Shown one piece after another: positions 25,420 to 38,279 of a stretch of 45,611 nucleotides of DNA. Numbering within the stretch: the first letter of the stretch is position 1; each line of letters begins with the position of its first letter. This DNA comes from Fimicolochytrium jonesii (lineage: Eukaryota), in assembly GCF_025526975.1 (NCBI RefSeq), contig NW_026515704.1:248001-293611 (forward strand), read 5' to 3'. Position numbers and translations under genes: made by a program. The notes beneath the pieces were generated by a model. That model searched no databases. It was not told where the DNA came from and saw nothing but the letters and a program-made list of their open reading frames with translations.

Positions 25420-26295
25420 TTATTTGGTTACTTTGGGGAACGTCAACGGCGCAGAGCCTGCCGCGTCCGTCAGCAAAATCCCCACATGTGGAATAACATT
25501 CCAATGCAAAGACAGCTTCGCTTGTACCCCCCTAAGAAAGGCATAAAAATGCGTGAGTATTCCACACATCAAGTAACAGCAAGCCCCTCGCATATCTTCT
25601 CATATCCGTCAGGGAACGTACGCCAGCTTATTCTGTATATCCGTCGCGCGATACTCCGCGAGCTGATCCGTCAACTCGATGATGGTGTCTTCCTTTGTGA
25701 GGATGATGTCGTCCCATAGCATTATTTGGTTCGTGCTCTGTGGTGAAACAGACGACCGAGAGGATCAGAATTGAGCTCAGCATATCGTACACGTTTGGTG
25801 GCTTACGTGCGATGGCGTCTCGTACTCGGCGACCAGGTATACAAACAATTGCTTGGTGTTCCAGTTCCATATCGGGGACAGATCTGTCATAAGATCGGTA
25901 GGCAGCGGTCAGTCCTCGGTCGGCTGTTCTCAGTACGATGATCTCCAGCCCAGCAAGTAAAACGCACCAGCCGTAACGTTGAAATGCACAAACCCAATCT
26001 CCGTCTTCGGCTGACTATAGTCATAGTAATACCCCTGTCGGCCCAACTTCCTATTCAGCCGGCAAGAAAGGAAGACACGATCGTAAGTCAAACCCCGACG
26101 TGCCAAACCAAGATCATGTACACATCAATAGACATACGTAACGACACTCTGCACGCCAATGACCGGCGCCTCGACTTTCTGCACAGCCGAGTGGTTGAGG
26201 ATGGGTCCTGAGAGGGCAACGGCGCCTAACACGCAGAAGACCACTGTTACGAAAAAGGCTGAGAGCGCATTTAGGCGTTGGAGGGCGGAGTACAT
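25420..26295 (-). CDS. SPC3: Signal peptidase complex subunit 3 (multi-exon)
   Basis: Motifs MYSALQRLNAL + TM, DLSPIWNWNTKQLFVYLVAEY, NQIMLWDDII and LHWNVIPHVG. Confidence 0.92.
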
Positions 26296-26580
26296 TGAGA
26301 GCTTCTTTTGGACTAGCGTAGGAGAAGATGAAACCGAGGTTGCGAGACGAAGCCCTGTCAAGTGATCCCAGGAGGATGTTCTAGGGTGCTACCAGGGGCC
26401 TTTGCCGTGCGGGATGAGTTGAGACCTGACGAGCAGAATGTCAGTCAACGTGGAGGCAAGCTTGCGGTAATCCGACGCGGTGCATTCAAGGCTCGTTGCA
26501 TTCGGCCATCTCCCGTTCTCAAGTCGCACTCAACTGCCTCCAACGACCTAATTAACATATTGGCAGCAACCACCTCAGGC

Positions 26581-27253
26581 ATGGACAGGGTCACACAGCT
26601 ACAGGAAGCTCTCGACAAGGTGCTTGTCTCTTCCGCTCCGTCACGCATTCGAACATCTGGGCACTATGCTAAGCCAGGGCGTCCTTCTCTCATAGACGGT
26701 GGCAGACTTTGCACAAGCCATATTAGCTTTGTCAAACGAGGTGCCACCAAAAGCTGAAGAAGGTAAGGCAGGAGCGAATTAATGTTGATTAGCCGTACTT
26801 ACGGTTTTCGTGAGCGTTCGGAAGCGCTTACTTCCTCTCTATTTTCTTTCAGAAGAGAAACCAGGGCAGGCTAGGCCAGGTTCGTTGATATACCGCCGTC
26901 CCCAGTCGTATTCTCGATCACATTGTGCCCTAATGCGACCTTGCCCCCCACGAAGCCGTCATTCAATCCACATCCCACTCCTTTTTCCAATCGATCCAAA
27001 ATCTCACCCTTCTCGTAGACAACCTCCCCGGCATCGAGCTCTCCGAACAAGCACAGCTAGCGCGATTACGCGAGCTCGATAGGGCGAATAGCGCCGCTGA
27101 TGCGGAGCTGGAGGAGGCTATTATGGAAGCTGGTGCGTTGCGGTGGGTGTTGGATGAGGGTGATACGGCATGATGAGGACTGACGCATGTGGTTTAGATG
27201 AACTGCTGGCTGGATTGGGGAGTACGACGGGTATTTTGCAGAAGAATGGATAG
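26581..27253 (+). CDS. MED21: Mediator subunit 21 (Srb7), multi-exon
   Basis: MDRVTQLQEALDK and NLPGIELSEQAQLARLRELDRAN...ELEEAI. The middle exons are uncertain. Confidence 0.78.
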
Positions 27254-27871
27254 AGGCCAGTGAACGGGTTTTTGTTCCCTTCTGGGTCGGATTGGTGGGG
27301 CAGGCGCTGGTGGCAGCGGTCGAGTCGAATGTGGAAATGCCAGCGATGAGCACGGTATCCTTTAGCACGGGTCAGGGCCGAAAAGTTGCCCGGGAGACAT
27401 TGAGATTCAGCCCGGCTGACCGCAGCGAACATGCGCGGCGGACCAAAGCGACAGTGGCGCGGCGTTCACCGTTCCAGCTGCCCAACTGCGTATGAGAATG
27501 CGATCGGAACGTGACTGAACTCTAAGAATAGGGCCGACTGACACTTTGCGGGGTTCTCGGGCGGTGTACAGTTGATGTAGAGATGCGGTTGAACGCTCTT
27601 GTGGGAACCCCAGGCACGTTTAGTAATACCTTTTGGGGATGTAGATGAAACGACCGTACGGACACACTTCTCAGCTCTGGTCCCGCACGTACTGGTTGAT
27701 CGGCACCGTAGGACAGATAGTCTTGCGATGGAATACATTGATGTATTTACATGAAGTAATAAACCAAAAGACAACGCACCCAGCGTGGACATGAGCCAAA
27801 GAGCTGAAGATGCGTCCAAACTCCCTCAAGAAACCCTATCATAAAACGTGATCCATAATCCAGCACCGTCA

Positions 27872-28713
27872 TCATTCCGCAATCTTCGTAGTGCGAAGGT
27901 ACGGCAACACGGTCTTGAACCCGGGAAACAGCTTCGACGCCTCCTCATCACTAACCCCATTATGAATAATCACCTCGTCGCTCAACCCGCTCCACCCAGC
28001 CGGTGTCGCCACGCGTCGCTTGTCACCCAACTGCAGCGAGTCGACTGTACGCAGGATCTCTGTGAAGTTGCGGCCGGTTACGGCGGGGTAGGTCATTGTC
28101 AGACGGATCTTGTTGTAGGGGTCGATGATGAATACGGAGCGGACGGTTAAGGGCAGGCCTTTTTTGTCGACGTTGGAGGGGTCTTGGTAGTCCAGCATGT
28201 CGTAGAGGGTGGCTACTTTGCGTTCGGGGTCGGCGATGATGGGGAAGTCTACCGTGCACCCCTGTAGTCAAAGCCCATCAATTTGAGTTCACCTACTTTC
28301 CGAATGCACATCAGTGCTCCCCACCGGTAACATACCTGGGTTGTATCGATGTCGCTGATCCATTTGTCGTGGCTCCTGAGGTCGTTGCAGGATAGCCCAA
28401 TAACCTTGACATGACGCTTCTCCCACTCGCCCCTCAATTTCGCGACCTGCCCAAGTTCAGTTGTGCAAACTGGTGCTGGAGATTTGCAGAGGTTCAAAGT
28501 GATTCATTAGCTTTCATGATAACGCCAACGTCTGCATAACCGGCAGGCCAACAGAAAACGCGGCCCTTCTATCTTCTTCTGACACTTACTGAAATCCTCA
28601 GGGTGAGAAAACAAGATAGCCCAAACCCCCTCCTTCCATTTTTGGAACTCAATCTCGCCCTGTGTAGTTTCGCTTCTGAAGTTCGGCGCCTCGTCTCCCA
28701 ATCGTAAACCCAT
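27872..28713 (-). CDS. PRX1: 1-Cys peroxiredoxin (Prx6 class), multi-exon
   Basis: Motifs LRLGDEAPNF, WAILFSHPEDF|PVCTTELG, LPLTVRSVFIIDP and TYPAVTGRNFTEILR. Confidence 0.95.
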
Positions 28714-29075
28714 CTTGGGACTGCTTTTCGTGTGTTGAGTGGTATTCTGGTGTTCTGGAATAGTGTTGAATATTTAAATGCGCGAACAGATGGAGGTTGA
28801 GTGTTGGACGGGCGGTAAAGCCTACCTGACTGCCTTCCTCTTCCTTGGTCGTTGGAGTTGCTGGCCCCGTGACGGCTACTGTGCAGACTGTGTGTGTGCG
28901 ATGCGGGAGAAAGCGGGCCGGGGGTGACGTGCGACTTCCTGTTGAGGCTGGCGCTTTGTGACCCGCGCGTGGCTTGCCTTTCTCGCCTTCTCGCCTTCCT
29001 ATTAGGACTTGCGTGCAGCACAACGTACCAATCCAATCCAATTCACTCCCCAACAGCTACTTCTCTTACCTAACC

Positions 29076-31572
29076 ATGGGGCAGAGGACTTGCGCGATAG
29101 TCACAGGTAAGCATACGTATGCAGACTCTTTCTCCAGTTTGCCATCTTGACCAACCACACTCCTGCAGTCAGCGACCGAGTATCCGCCGGAACAGCGGAG
29201 GACCGCAGCGGTCCAGCTTTAGCACAGCTGCTCACGAACGCGCAATGGGAGGTAGTGGAGCGGCAGACAGTGCCCGACGAGAGCGCCAATATACAGTCCG
29301 TCGTGGAACGGCTTGTGGAGAATGGCGTTGATTTGATTGTCACGACGGGTGGGACGGGCTTCTCGCCAAGGGATGTTACTCCCGAGGTAAGCGATGAGAT
29401 AAGCGGCCAGACGCTTTAGATACCTTTTTACCTAACCGTATATCTATCCCGCAAAAAGGCCATTGCTCCCCTCCTCGAGCGTCAAGCACCCGGCCTCGTG
29501 GTCGCCATGATAACCACCTCCCTCGAAAAAACGCCCATGGCAGCGCTCTCGCGGCCCGTATGCGGCACGAAAGGCAAATCGGTCATCATCACGCTTCCCG
29601 GGAGTGTGAAGGGCAGCACGGAGAATCTGGAGAGTGTGTTGGACGTTTTGCCGCACGCGGTGGACTTGGCGAAGGGGGATGTGGGAGCTGCGGAACAGAC
29701 GCATAAGGGGATGAGTGGGGCCGAGGTAGGGGCTGAGAGTGTGGGGGGGCATTCAGAGGGAGGCCGGCGAGAGCATCACTGTCATCACCATCATCACCAC
29801 CATCATCCCCATCATGGGCATCACCACAACCCTGCGCATGGAGACCGCCCACCGGCGACAGGAGCAGGGACAGACGACGGGAATATACCCGTCGCACGGC
29901 GGCCGCGGACATCCCAGTACCCGATGGTCTCCTTCGAAGACGCGTTGGCAACGGTCGTTGCGCAGGCACCGCTGTTGGTTGCGGAACAGACTTTCATCAC
30001 AAGTCCGAATGTCGTGGGTTCGATATTGGCGGAGGATGTAAGATCTAGAGAGGCCGTGCCGAACTATAGGGCATCGATTGTGGATGGGTATGCGGTGGTA
30101 GGTGTGTTGCGCATCACGTGCCCCTTGTCCCATTACTTGAAGCAGAAGAACGAAGCAGCGGACTGACACCCCATCGTCCCGAACTAGTCACGGACGGCCC
30201 CGGCACCTACCCAGTCCTAACCGCCTCGACCGCCGGCACCTCCACCGTCCCGACCCTCCACCCCGGTCAAATCGCCCGAATCGCCACCGGCGCCCCACTT
30301 CCCCCCGGCGCCACCGCCGTCGTCATGGTCGAAGACACAACTCTCATCAAAGCCTCCGCCGATAACCACACGGAAGAACTAGTCCAAATCCACGTCAAAC
30401 AACGCCTTAACGATAACATCCGCGAGATCGGATCGGATGTCGCGCTGGGTGACCTGGTTCTCGCCAAGGGGTCTATAATCACACCCGCGGAGATCGGTCT
30501 ACTTACATCGGTGGGCGAGGTGGCCGTGCGGGTCATCCGCAAACCAAGGGTCGCGGTCATGTCGACGGGGAACGAGGTGCTCGAGGCGGATGCAAAGGAG
30601 CTTTATTATGGGTGTATTAGGGACTCGAATCGGCCCATGCTGCTTTCGGCGGTTGCGGAAGCTGGGTTTGCGGGGAGGGATTATGGGACTGTTCGAGATC
30701 GGTATGTAGGTCTGATGCTGCGTTGTGGGTAAAGCTGGAAGTCTCCGTTCGCGCATCATTGTTGCTGATAATTTACCGTCTCCCTTTCGTACCCCACGCA
30801 GGACCGCCGACCTAGAAACAAGCATACGCACCGCTCTCACCGAATGCGACGTGCTCGTCACAACCGGCGGCGTCTCAATGGGCGAACTCGACCTGCTCAA
30901 ACCGGTATTGGAGAAAGGACTGGGTGCGAAGATCCATTTCGGGCGTGTTATGTTGAAGCCGGGGTATTGTATCTTCCTCTTGCGGGTTATGGTGCGGTAT
31001 GCAAGTTCCGATGGACTCATCCAGGTCTATCTCTGAAACAGCAAACCAACGACGTTCGCAACACTAACCCTCCCGACCGACCCAACCGCGACACCCAAAT
31101 TGATCTTCGCACTCCCCGGCAACCCTGTCTCGGCGTCGGTCACGTTCTACCTCTTCGTCCTGCCCGCGTTGCGCAAGATGGCGGGGTATGAGCATCCGTA
31201 TCTGCCTAGTGTGAAGGCTGAGGTAAGGCAAATGTGCCCTCTGCTACTACGCACTCCATCGGACAACCAGGATTCTGACGTTGACGATTCTTTCTAACCT
31301 AGCTTTCATCCCCCGTAACCCTCGACCCCGCCCGCCCCGAGTTCCACCGCGCCTACCTCTCCATCGCCGTCGACAACACTGCCACGTCCGCTACCAACAG
31401 CGACGGTTCACCACGCACGCGGACACGCATCGTAGCCCACAGCACGGGCTCACAGCGCTCGAGCCGGATGCTGAGTATGCGTGGCGCTAATGCTTTGTTG
31501 AAACTGCCGGCGGGGGATGGGGTGTTGGGGGTGGGGGAAGTGGTTGAAGGGGTTATGTTTCGCGGGTTTTGA
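29076..31572 (+). CDS. Gephyrin/Cnx1-type molybdenum cofactor protein (MogA G-domain + MoeA E-domain), multi-exon
   Basis: Motifs [40 protein letters not shown], a His-rich linker, [52 protein letters not shown] and QRSSRMLSM. Confidence 0.95.
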
Positions 31573-32019
31573 TGGAGGGGTGAGGGGGCGGCGTATTGGT
31601 TCCTGTTTTGTAGGTTAGGCACGTTCATGTAGATTGATGTGGATAGAAAAAAGGATTCATCGATAATCTGCATGCGCTATGATGAATATTTGGGCGGTCC
31701 AGGCGGATCTTGCCCATTGCCTGCATGTGTGTACCCTCCTCTGCGCTGCATATGTTGCGGAACCTCGGGAGTCGGAACGCGCGATAAACGCGTGGTGCGA
31801 CTTCAGTCCATTATTATAACAATGGCCGGAGTGCTCGGAATGAGCGACGAATGTGACGTTCCTGACAACCTGCACATGCACGACCGGAAAACGCGCCTTC
31901 CATGTTAACGCGTCGCCGCCGAAGCCTTTCCATCTGGAAAAACAACACACAAAGCAACCCCAGGTCAACGTCCGCCAACGTCGTCCGATACTTTTGCAAA
32001 CAAGAGGTCTCTCGCAATC

Positions 32020-32702
32020 ATGGCAGACAAGCAAGGTACTATTCATCCCGCTTGCATCCATATTAAAGCTAATACCATCCACACCAATTCAGGAACACCA
32101 CCCCCAGCCCAATCCTCCAGCCCAATCACTGACCTGGTCACTACTAGCCTCTCAGCAGCGAGCGGGAGCATGGGGGGCTTGGTGGCAGCATCAGGGGACG
32201 GTGAGGGACCCACAATAGGTGACACGCACCAAGCAAACAACGGGGTTAATCCACATGAGTCGTTTGGGTTGACCAAGGAGTTACTGGTAAATGTCTATGC
32301 ACTTCGCAAATATGCTGTGAAGTTGTTGATCACATTTATGGATTTCTCTTCAGGAAGCCATTGATGCAGGCCGACAACGTGTGACATCTACGGACCCAGA
32401 CCACGTCAACAGCCTGCCATTACGCAGCTACTTGGATCAAACGGTCGTGCCGGTGCTGATTGAGGGGTTGAAGGCGCTTGCTAAAGAGAGGTGCATATCC
32501 CAACATCCGCGACATCTATCAATATCGCTTCATGTACTGATCTGCGCCTCGGCTTCATAGACCACCAAACCCATGTGAATACCTTGCAGTATACCTCCTC
32601 CGGAACAGTGGGAAGACTGCTGCTACAGTGGGAGCGACCGCGCCGCCGTCGTCATCGGTGGCTCAGCCGGCTGCTGGAGCATCGACAACTGCTGCTCGGT
32701 AA
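32020..32702 (+). CDS. DPY30: Dpy-30/Sdc1 COMPASS subunit (multi-exon)
   Basis: SLPLRSYLDQTVVPVLIEGLKALAKER|PPNPCEYLAVYLL is a Dpy-30 motif. Confidence 0.9.
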
Positions 32703-32770
32703 ACTTTTCTTGGCGGTCTATATTTATATAGGACTTCCCTATTCCTTGATCATCATTGATGAACTATGTG

Positions 32771-33012
32771 TTACACACAAATGCAACCTATCGTCTCGAT
32801 GCCGCAATCCAAGCTTGAAACTATAGTACCCCCAGCACCGTTCAGGTTATAGATGTCTCCATCGGAAAGTCCCTCGGTTCCGTAGAAGTTGTATTTGACG
32901 AGTAACGGTTTCCGACTGGAGAGTGCGACGCTCCATGCTTTGCACACCAAGAGGCAGTTGCGCCGATCCGATGGCAGAGGATGTGAGACAGGAGGTCTGG
33001 AGTCTGTTGCAT
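32771..33012 (-). pseudogene. Frameshifted F-box gene remnant
   Basis: MQQTPDLLSHIL in one frame continues as LPSDRRNCLLVCKAWS in another. Joined, they form an F-box-like motif with a small deletion. Confidence 0.4.
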
Positions 33013-33331
33013 TGTATGTATTCAATGTATTCATGTGTATCTGCAAACCCAATGCACATTCTGGTACGTAAGGATGAACGTTCTCGGTCCAGGAGGGCCT
33101 CTGAGCGACGCTGAGCCTTATAGGGAAATTCCTACGCGGAAAGCAGCTTTGAGAGAAACGCGTGTGTTTTCAAGGCAAGGCTCAGTCCCTCTCTCAGACA
33201 GCGGGTTCGGCTGCCGAACTGGGCATCTTCCCACGGACGGGCATTCCCATAGACAGTCCCCACTCCCACCCAGGGGCTCTTCTCTGTTTATATAGACTCC
33301 TGCTCTCTGTCCCGTCTACGTGCTGGCACCA

Positions 33332-34929
33332 ATGGGCTACCACCGGGTCTTCATCGGTAAGCCAAGAGACCATGGCCTGGAAGCTGTCAAAAACGTCCCT
33401 ACCGCCATTCCCCCATTTCCAGCCCATTTCCCCACACATCCAAAACTAACCAACCGGCCATTTCCACAATAGGTCGGCTCCCGCGGGACGTTACCAGACA
33501 TGAAATCCGCAAGCTCACGCGCCGCTACGGTCCAGTCGAGGATATCCACTGCCTGTCCGGGTTCGCGTTCGTCGAGTTTGACTATAGCGCGGACGCGAGG
33601 GATTGTGTGAGGGATTTGGACGGTGTACGGTTCGCTGGAGAGAGGTGGGTCGTTTGTCGTTTCTTTGAACATCCGGATCCTCCGGTCTTTGTGTGTCTTT
33701 TCTCGACTTCCAAACGCACTTATGCTAACGTTTCCCACGGTTTCTTCAATTTAGACTGCAAGTCGAACCCGCTCGCCTTCAAGAAAGAGCTCCTCCCAGG
33801 GAACCTCCTCGTCGCCGTTCTCCAGATATTTACATTCCGCCCAAGCGCAACGACTACAGGTTTGGAAGGGCAAAAAAAACGGGTTTTCGTGGTGTTTCGG
33901 CAGCTCCGGCACAGTCACGACCTCACATTTTTGACGTGTTTTGACAGCGTTACTGTCACTGGACTGCCTGAGAGTGCGAGTTGGCAGGTACGGATGGCCA
34001 AGTGTTGGTGAAAAATGCTGGACTTTGAGCGGTGGAGAATCGGATTCGGAGAAATGACGGGCGAGAAGCGGGGAATGTTTGAGCTTACACCTAACGGCGA
34101 ACGTTTTCCTTCATGGGAACCCTACAAACTTCTACTCTGCGCACCTGTCAGCGCTCCCTGGTGGGAATCACACTTCTTCCGCATGCTACGTGCGCTACTA
34201 CTCTACTGGCTGCTGCTGCATTCAACCGGACGGGAGGGTCCCTGAAGCTGCTACTATCTACTTTATACGCTGGATGACATGACACGTCTGGGGGTCACCC
34301 GCCTCCTTCTCCTCCTCCTACATCGCGCCGAAGCTTCCATCGTCTCACCACTCATCTGCTCCTCCACTCGGGCAGGACCTGAAAGACCTCATGCGTAAAG
34401 TTGGAGAAGTCGCTTACGCGGACATTGAGCGTCCCGGGACAGGGTGAGTGACTTTTATCAATTGGCGCAACCGCTGCGATATAAGCCCTCATGTTAAGCC
34501 ACGCAACCCGTCCCATCCTCCCCAACCCGTCCCCAGGAGGGTGGAATTTACATGCGAAGCGGACGTCGAGGAAGCCATCTCCAAGTTCAACAACTCCGAG
34601 CATGAGGGAAGGACTTTGACCGTCACGCAGGTAATCGTTCCGGAACCCCCATTCGCCTTCCCATACACTCCAAAAGAAACCCCTCAACTCATTTTCGCAC
34701 ATACACACAGAACGCCCCAAAATGGCATGACCAGAAAGCCGCAGCGCCCAAATCCGCTCTTCCCGTCCGTGTGGATGAAAAGAACGGCAGGCGTAGCGCG
34801 TCCCCTTCCCCTGCGCGTGAGAAAACCGCCAGGCGTCCCACGCCACCTCCCTTCAAGAGTAGGTCCCGGTCCCCGAGTGCGCAGCGAGGTCGGAGGTCTG
34901 TTACGCCCTCGCCAGTTCCGTTTCGTTGA
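33332..34929 (+). CDS. SR splicing factor with RRM + pseudo-RRM (SRSF4/5/6 / Srp2-like), multi-exon
   Basis: MGYHRVFIG|RLPRD...GFAFVEF (RNP1), VTVTGLPESASWQ|DLKDLMRKVGEVAYAD (SWQDLKD) and an RS/SP-rich tail ending at TGA 34927-34929. Confidence 0.9.
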
Positions 34930-35562
34930 GCTGCGGTGGTATCCCTGGACGTGGCGTGCGAGTTTACAGCGTGTGTGTGCCCTCTCCGTTCGTTGCGTGT
35001 TCAAGAACGGACTGCCTTTAGTCCTTCCTGTTGTTGTTTTTTGTTTTGTTTGGTGTACTGTATGAGAATCGGGATACCCATCCTCCGAGCCGCGAGGGCG
35101 CACTCCATGCGTTCGGAAGCTTTTCGCGGATTCTGCGCAAAACTTAGACAACCCACTCCTCTTTCTTCAACACCGCCAGCAAATGGCATTTTGCGTCATT
35201 TGGTATGGACAACACAGTACAATAAAAAGGAGAAAAATACATTAAAAGGGGAGGGGAAGAGACTAGGCCCAAGAGGGGATAGCGAAAAGGGCGGGAGGCG
35301 AAGGCGAGCAGCCACGATGTGAGCAAGTTACAGCCTCAAGGAGTATATACATCCTAACGGCACGCCACCACATCCACACATCCCTGATCCGAAAGATCAG
35401 ATCGGCTCGCCAATACGCAAAAAAAAGGAGCCGCTGCCTACAATCAAAATCGCAATCTTGCCCGTCTCCGTTGGGGCAATTGTTGATCGGTTATGAGGGG
35501 ACAGAGATTGTTCCTGGTTATCGTGTTTTCTTTCACATGATGCGCCGGATGATGACCGTGTT

Positions 35563-36384
35563 TTAGCAGCATCCACCGACTTGCTCGACCATGACTTGGA
35601 TGATGTCGTTGTCTTCCATTTCCATCTCATCGGGTGTCTCATGGCCTTCAATTCGTGCGCCTTCGTACAGGAATCGGACGGACCGGCGGTCCTGTGAGGT
35701 AAAGGGGAAGGGAGTATACATTAGTACTCTAGGAACCGATCCACCGCGTTCTTCCGCACTTCGCCCTTCGGCTCGACTACGTGAGCATTTATACTTTCCG
35801 AGGCAACCTGCATGACCCCACGGAAACACACAAAAGCAATGCCCCGGGAACCCCCTCCGCTGTTCACCAAATCCTCACCTGGCCAGCTTTTTGCACGTAT
35901 GCACCGATAAGACGTTCCAACGGAGTTGTTCGCTTGATCTTGAATGCTGTAAGAATCGCACAAGACGGCAGAGTGCGCCCAGAACATGTTAGCACCCAGT
36001 CGCACGTCCATTGACTATGCAACGCACCCTCCCTCGTCGGGAGTGCCCGTTTGGCAGCGAGAGGGTGTGGGAAGAGCGCAGGTGGATTCGGTGACTCGTA
36101 CCTATCTCAGCTCCATCGTTGCTTATTACTTTCAAGTTAATGTGCTGCACGGTCTCAGGCTACATAACAAAAAAGATTGGGTGAGGTGAGAAGGCGTGTT
36201 TGAAAGAGGCTGCAAGCCGGATCCCGGGCTGCCAGCGCCGTCGGTCCCAACACGATCTAGCTTGCCCCCCCTCTTTGCATAGACCGGCTGAGAGTCGCGA
36301 ACCCCGTGATGTGCAAAGACGCTGGAAAGGCACTTGGAGACCGTGACGTACCTTGTTTTCTTGGGGTTCTTGGTTGTCGGTCAT
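35563..36384 (-). CDS. SMT3: SUMO (multi-exon)
   Basis: Motifs HINLKV, FKIKRTTPLERLIGAY and VRFLYEGARI...TPDEMEMEDNDIIQVMVEQVGG. Confidence 0.94.
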
Positions 36385-36688
36385 TGTTACTTTGTAGTTT
36401 TGTAGGGTTGGTGGGAACGAGGTTGGTATGATGGGCGTTGAGGGTCTGGTTTGAGTGGGCTATTGCAGAGGGGTCTTTGGCAGTTTCTGTGGGGGATTGC
36501 GCTCGATGGAGTTGATTGTCGGACACGGCGGTTTAAACGGTGCATTTAAAGAATCCACGTGATATGTCCACTCCAAGTGACATCTTGCGCTGTCAGTGAG
36601 GCCGTCGTCTGCTCTTCCCCAAAGCCACCAACTCGTCAGTGAGTGCAAACGAAGCCGTAGCCAACCGACTTATTCACTGCTACGTACT

Positions 36689-37711
36689 ATGGACGGCCGC
36701 CGACCCACTTATCGCTTCCATCCAGGCCGCTGGCGAACTGCCGCCCTCTCAGTTTCATTATTGCTCCTGATCCTCGCCACTACAGCCACCGCCTCCTCCG
36801 GCGACCGGGATTCAATCTACACCAACTGCGTTCAAAAATGCCGCTTCACATCCTGCCGCAACCAACCCGCAGCCGACGAATCCCTCCCACTCTCCCTCCG
36901 CCTCCTCCAATGGACTTGTCCGCAAAACTGCCAATACGAATGCATGCACGATCTCACTTCCCTCAACGTGCAAACCGGCGAGCGCGTGCAGCAATTCCAC
37001 GGCAAATGGCCGTTCATTAGACTGTGGGGGGTACAGGAACCAGCTAGCGTGCTGTTCTCGGTATTGAATGGGTGGATGCACTTCCGGGGATACCGGAAAC
37101 TGAGGACGCTGTCTCCAAGATGGTACCCCATGCGCCGGGTCCTGCTCCTGAACGCATTACTGGGCGTGAACGCATGGATCTGGTCGACGGTCTTCCACGC
37201 CCGGGATTTCCCCATCACCGAGAAACTCGATTACTTCTCCGCGATTGGGTCGCTGCTGATGGGCAGCTACCTCGCCCTCACTCGCGCGTTCGAGCTGTAC
37301 CGCGACCCCGCGACATCCACACCCACCCGCCGGGGGCTAGCCTACGCGATGCTAGCATTCTACGCTGCGCACGTCTCCTACCTAACATTCTGGCCGTTCG
37401 ACTACGGGTACAACATGAAAGCCGGCATCGTCGTCGGCGCGGTGGCGAATCTCGCATGGGTGAGCTGGGCGGTGCGCAACTGGAGAACGCGGCCGTACGC
37501 GTGGAAGATTGTGGTGATGGTGGTGGCAATCACGGCGGCGATGGCGTTGGAGGTTCTGGATTTCCCGCCGTGGATGTGGGTGCTGGATGCGCATGCGCTG
37601 TGGCATGCCGCGACGATACCGCTGGTGAGGTTTTATTATGAGTTTTTGGTGGATGATGTGAGGTGGGAGGTCAGGATTGGGAAGGGGAAGGGGAAGGTTG
37701 CTGTGCAGTAA
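36689..37711 (+). CDS. PER1: Per1/PGAP3 GPI-remodelling protein
   Basis: Signal peptide, SSGDRD..Y..C, WTCPQNCQYECMH, QFHGKWPF, QEPASVLFS, WSTVFHARD, EKLDYF and DFPP...DAHALWH. Confidence 0.95.
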   Translation: MDGRRPTYRFHPGRWRTAALSVSLLLLILATTATASSGDRDSIYTNCVQKCRFTSCRNQPAADESLPLSLRLLQWTCPQNCQYECMHDLTSLNVQTGERVQQFHGKWPFIRLWGVQEPASVLFSVLNGWMHFRGYRKLRTLSPRWYPMRRVLLLNALLGVNAWIWSTVFHARDFPITEKLDYFSAIGSLLMGSYLALTRAFELYRDPATSTPTRRGLAYAMLAFYAAHVSYLTFWPFDYGYNMKAGIVVGAVANLAWVSWAVRNWRTRPYAWKIVVMVVAITAAMALEVLDFPPWMWVLDAHALWHAATIPLVRFYYEFLVDDVRWEVRIGKGKGKVAVQ

Positions 37712-38279
37712 TGACGGGAAGATGCAGTTGACGTGATGAGGGCATGTTGTATAACATGTACATAATCCGCACAGACAATAGTATCGCATGTTTCATTTAT
37801 CATATGCACAGATTAGTAAACCATCATTGTAAATTGAAGCCTGTGTCTGTATGTCTATGGATATGCCCTCCCATCAAGATGCATTGAATGCGATTACCCC
37901 TAAGCGCATCCCCGCATTCCCATCACATCATCAGTACAAGAGATGCAATGGGATGGAAAGCGGTCGTGGTGGCTTTCTTCCCATAACGGCCGCCACACCC
38001 ACTTCTCGCGGCGATGGATCTGGACAGTCGTCCGCTTTCGATGAGAAAAACGGCAGCATTGATCGTCGGTACGAGCTCATCCCATCCTACCGAGACGAGA
38101 CTTGGCACCCTAAGACCACCTCCGCAATCTCACCCTCCAGCTCCCTCCACCCAGCATTCCCATGATCCATGACCCATGCCTCCCAAATCTAACTTCCCAC
38201 CCTCTCATCCCACTATCCTCTCCCGTCCTTCCTTCCCCTCCCATCCCCACCCCCCTCTCCCCTCTACCACCTACGAAAT

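Noticed and set aside
27370..27400. GTCAGGGCCGAAAAGTTGCCC resembling SRP helix 8 or RNase MRP CR-I
   Set aside because: It lacks the AGCAG partner of SRP and a correctly placed CR-V/P4 partner of MRP, so no family was assigned.
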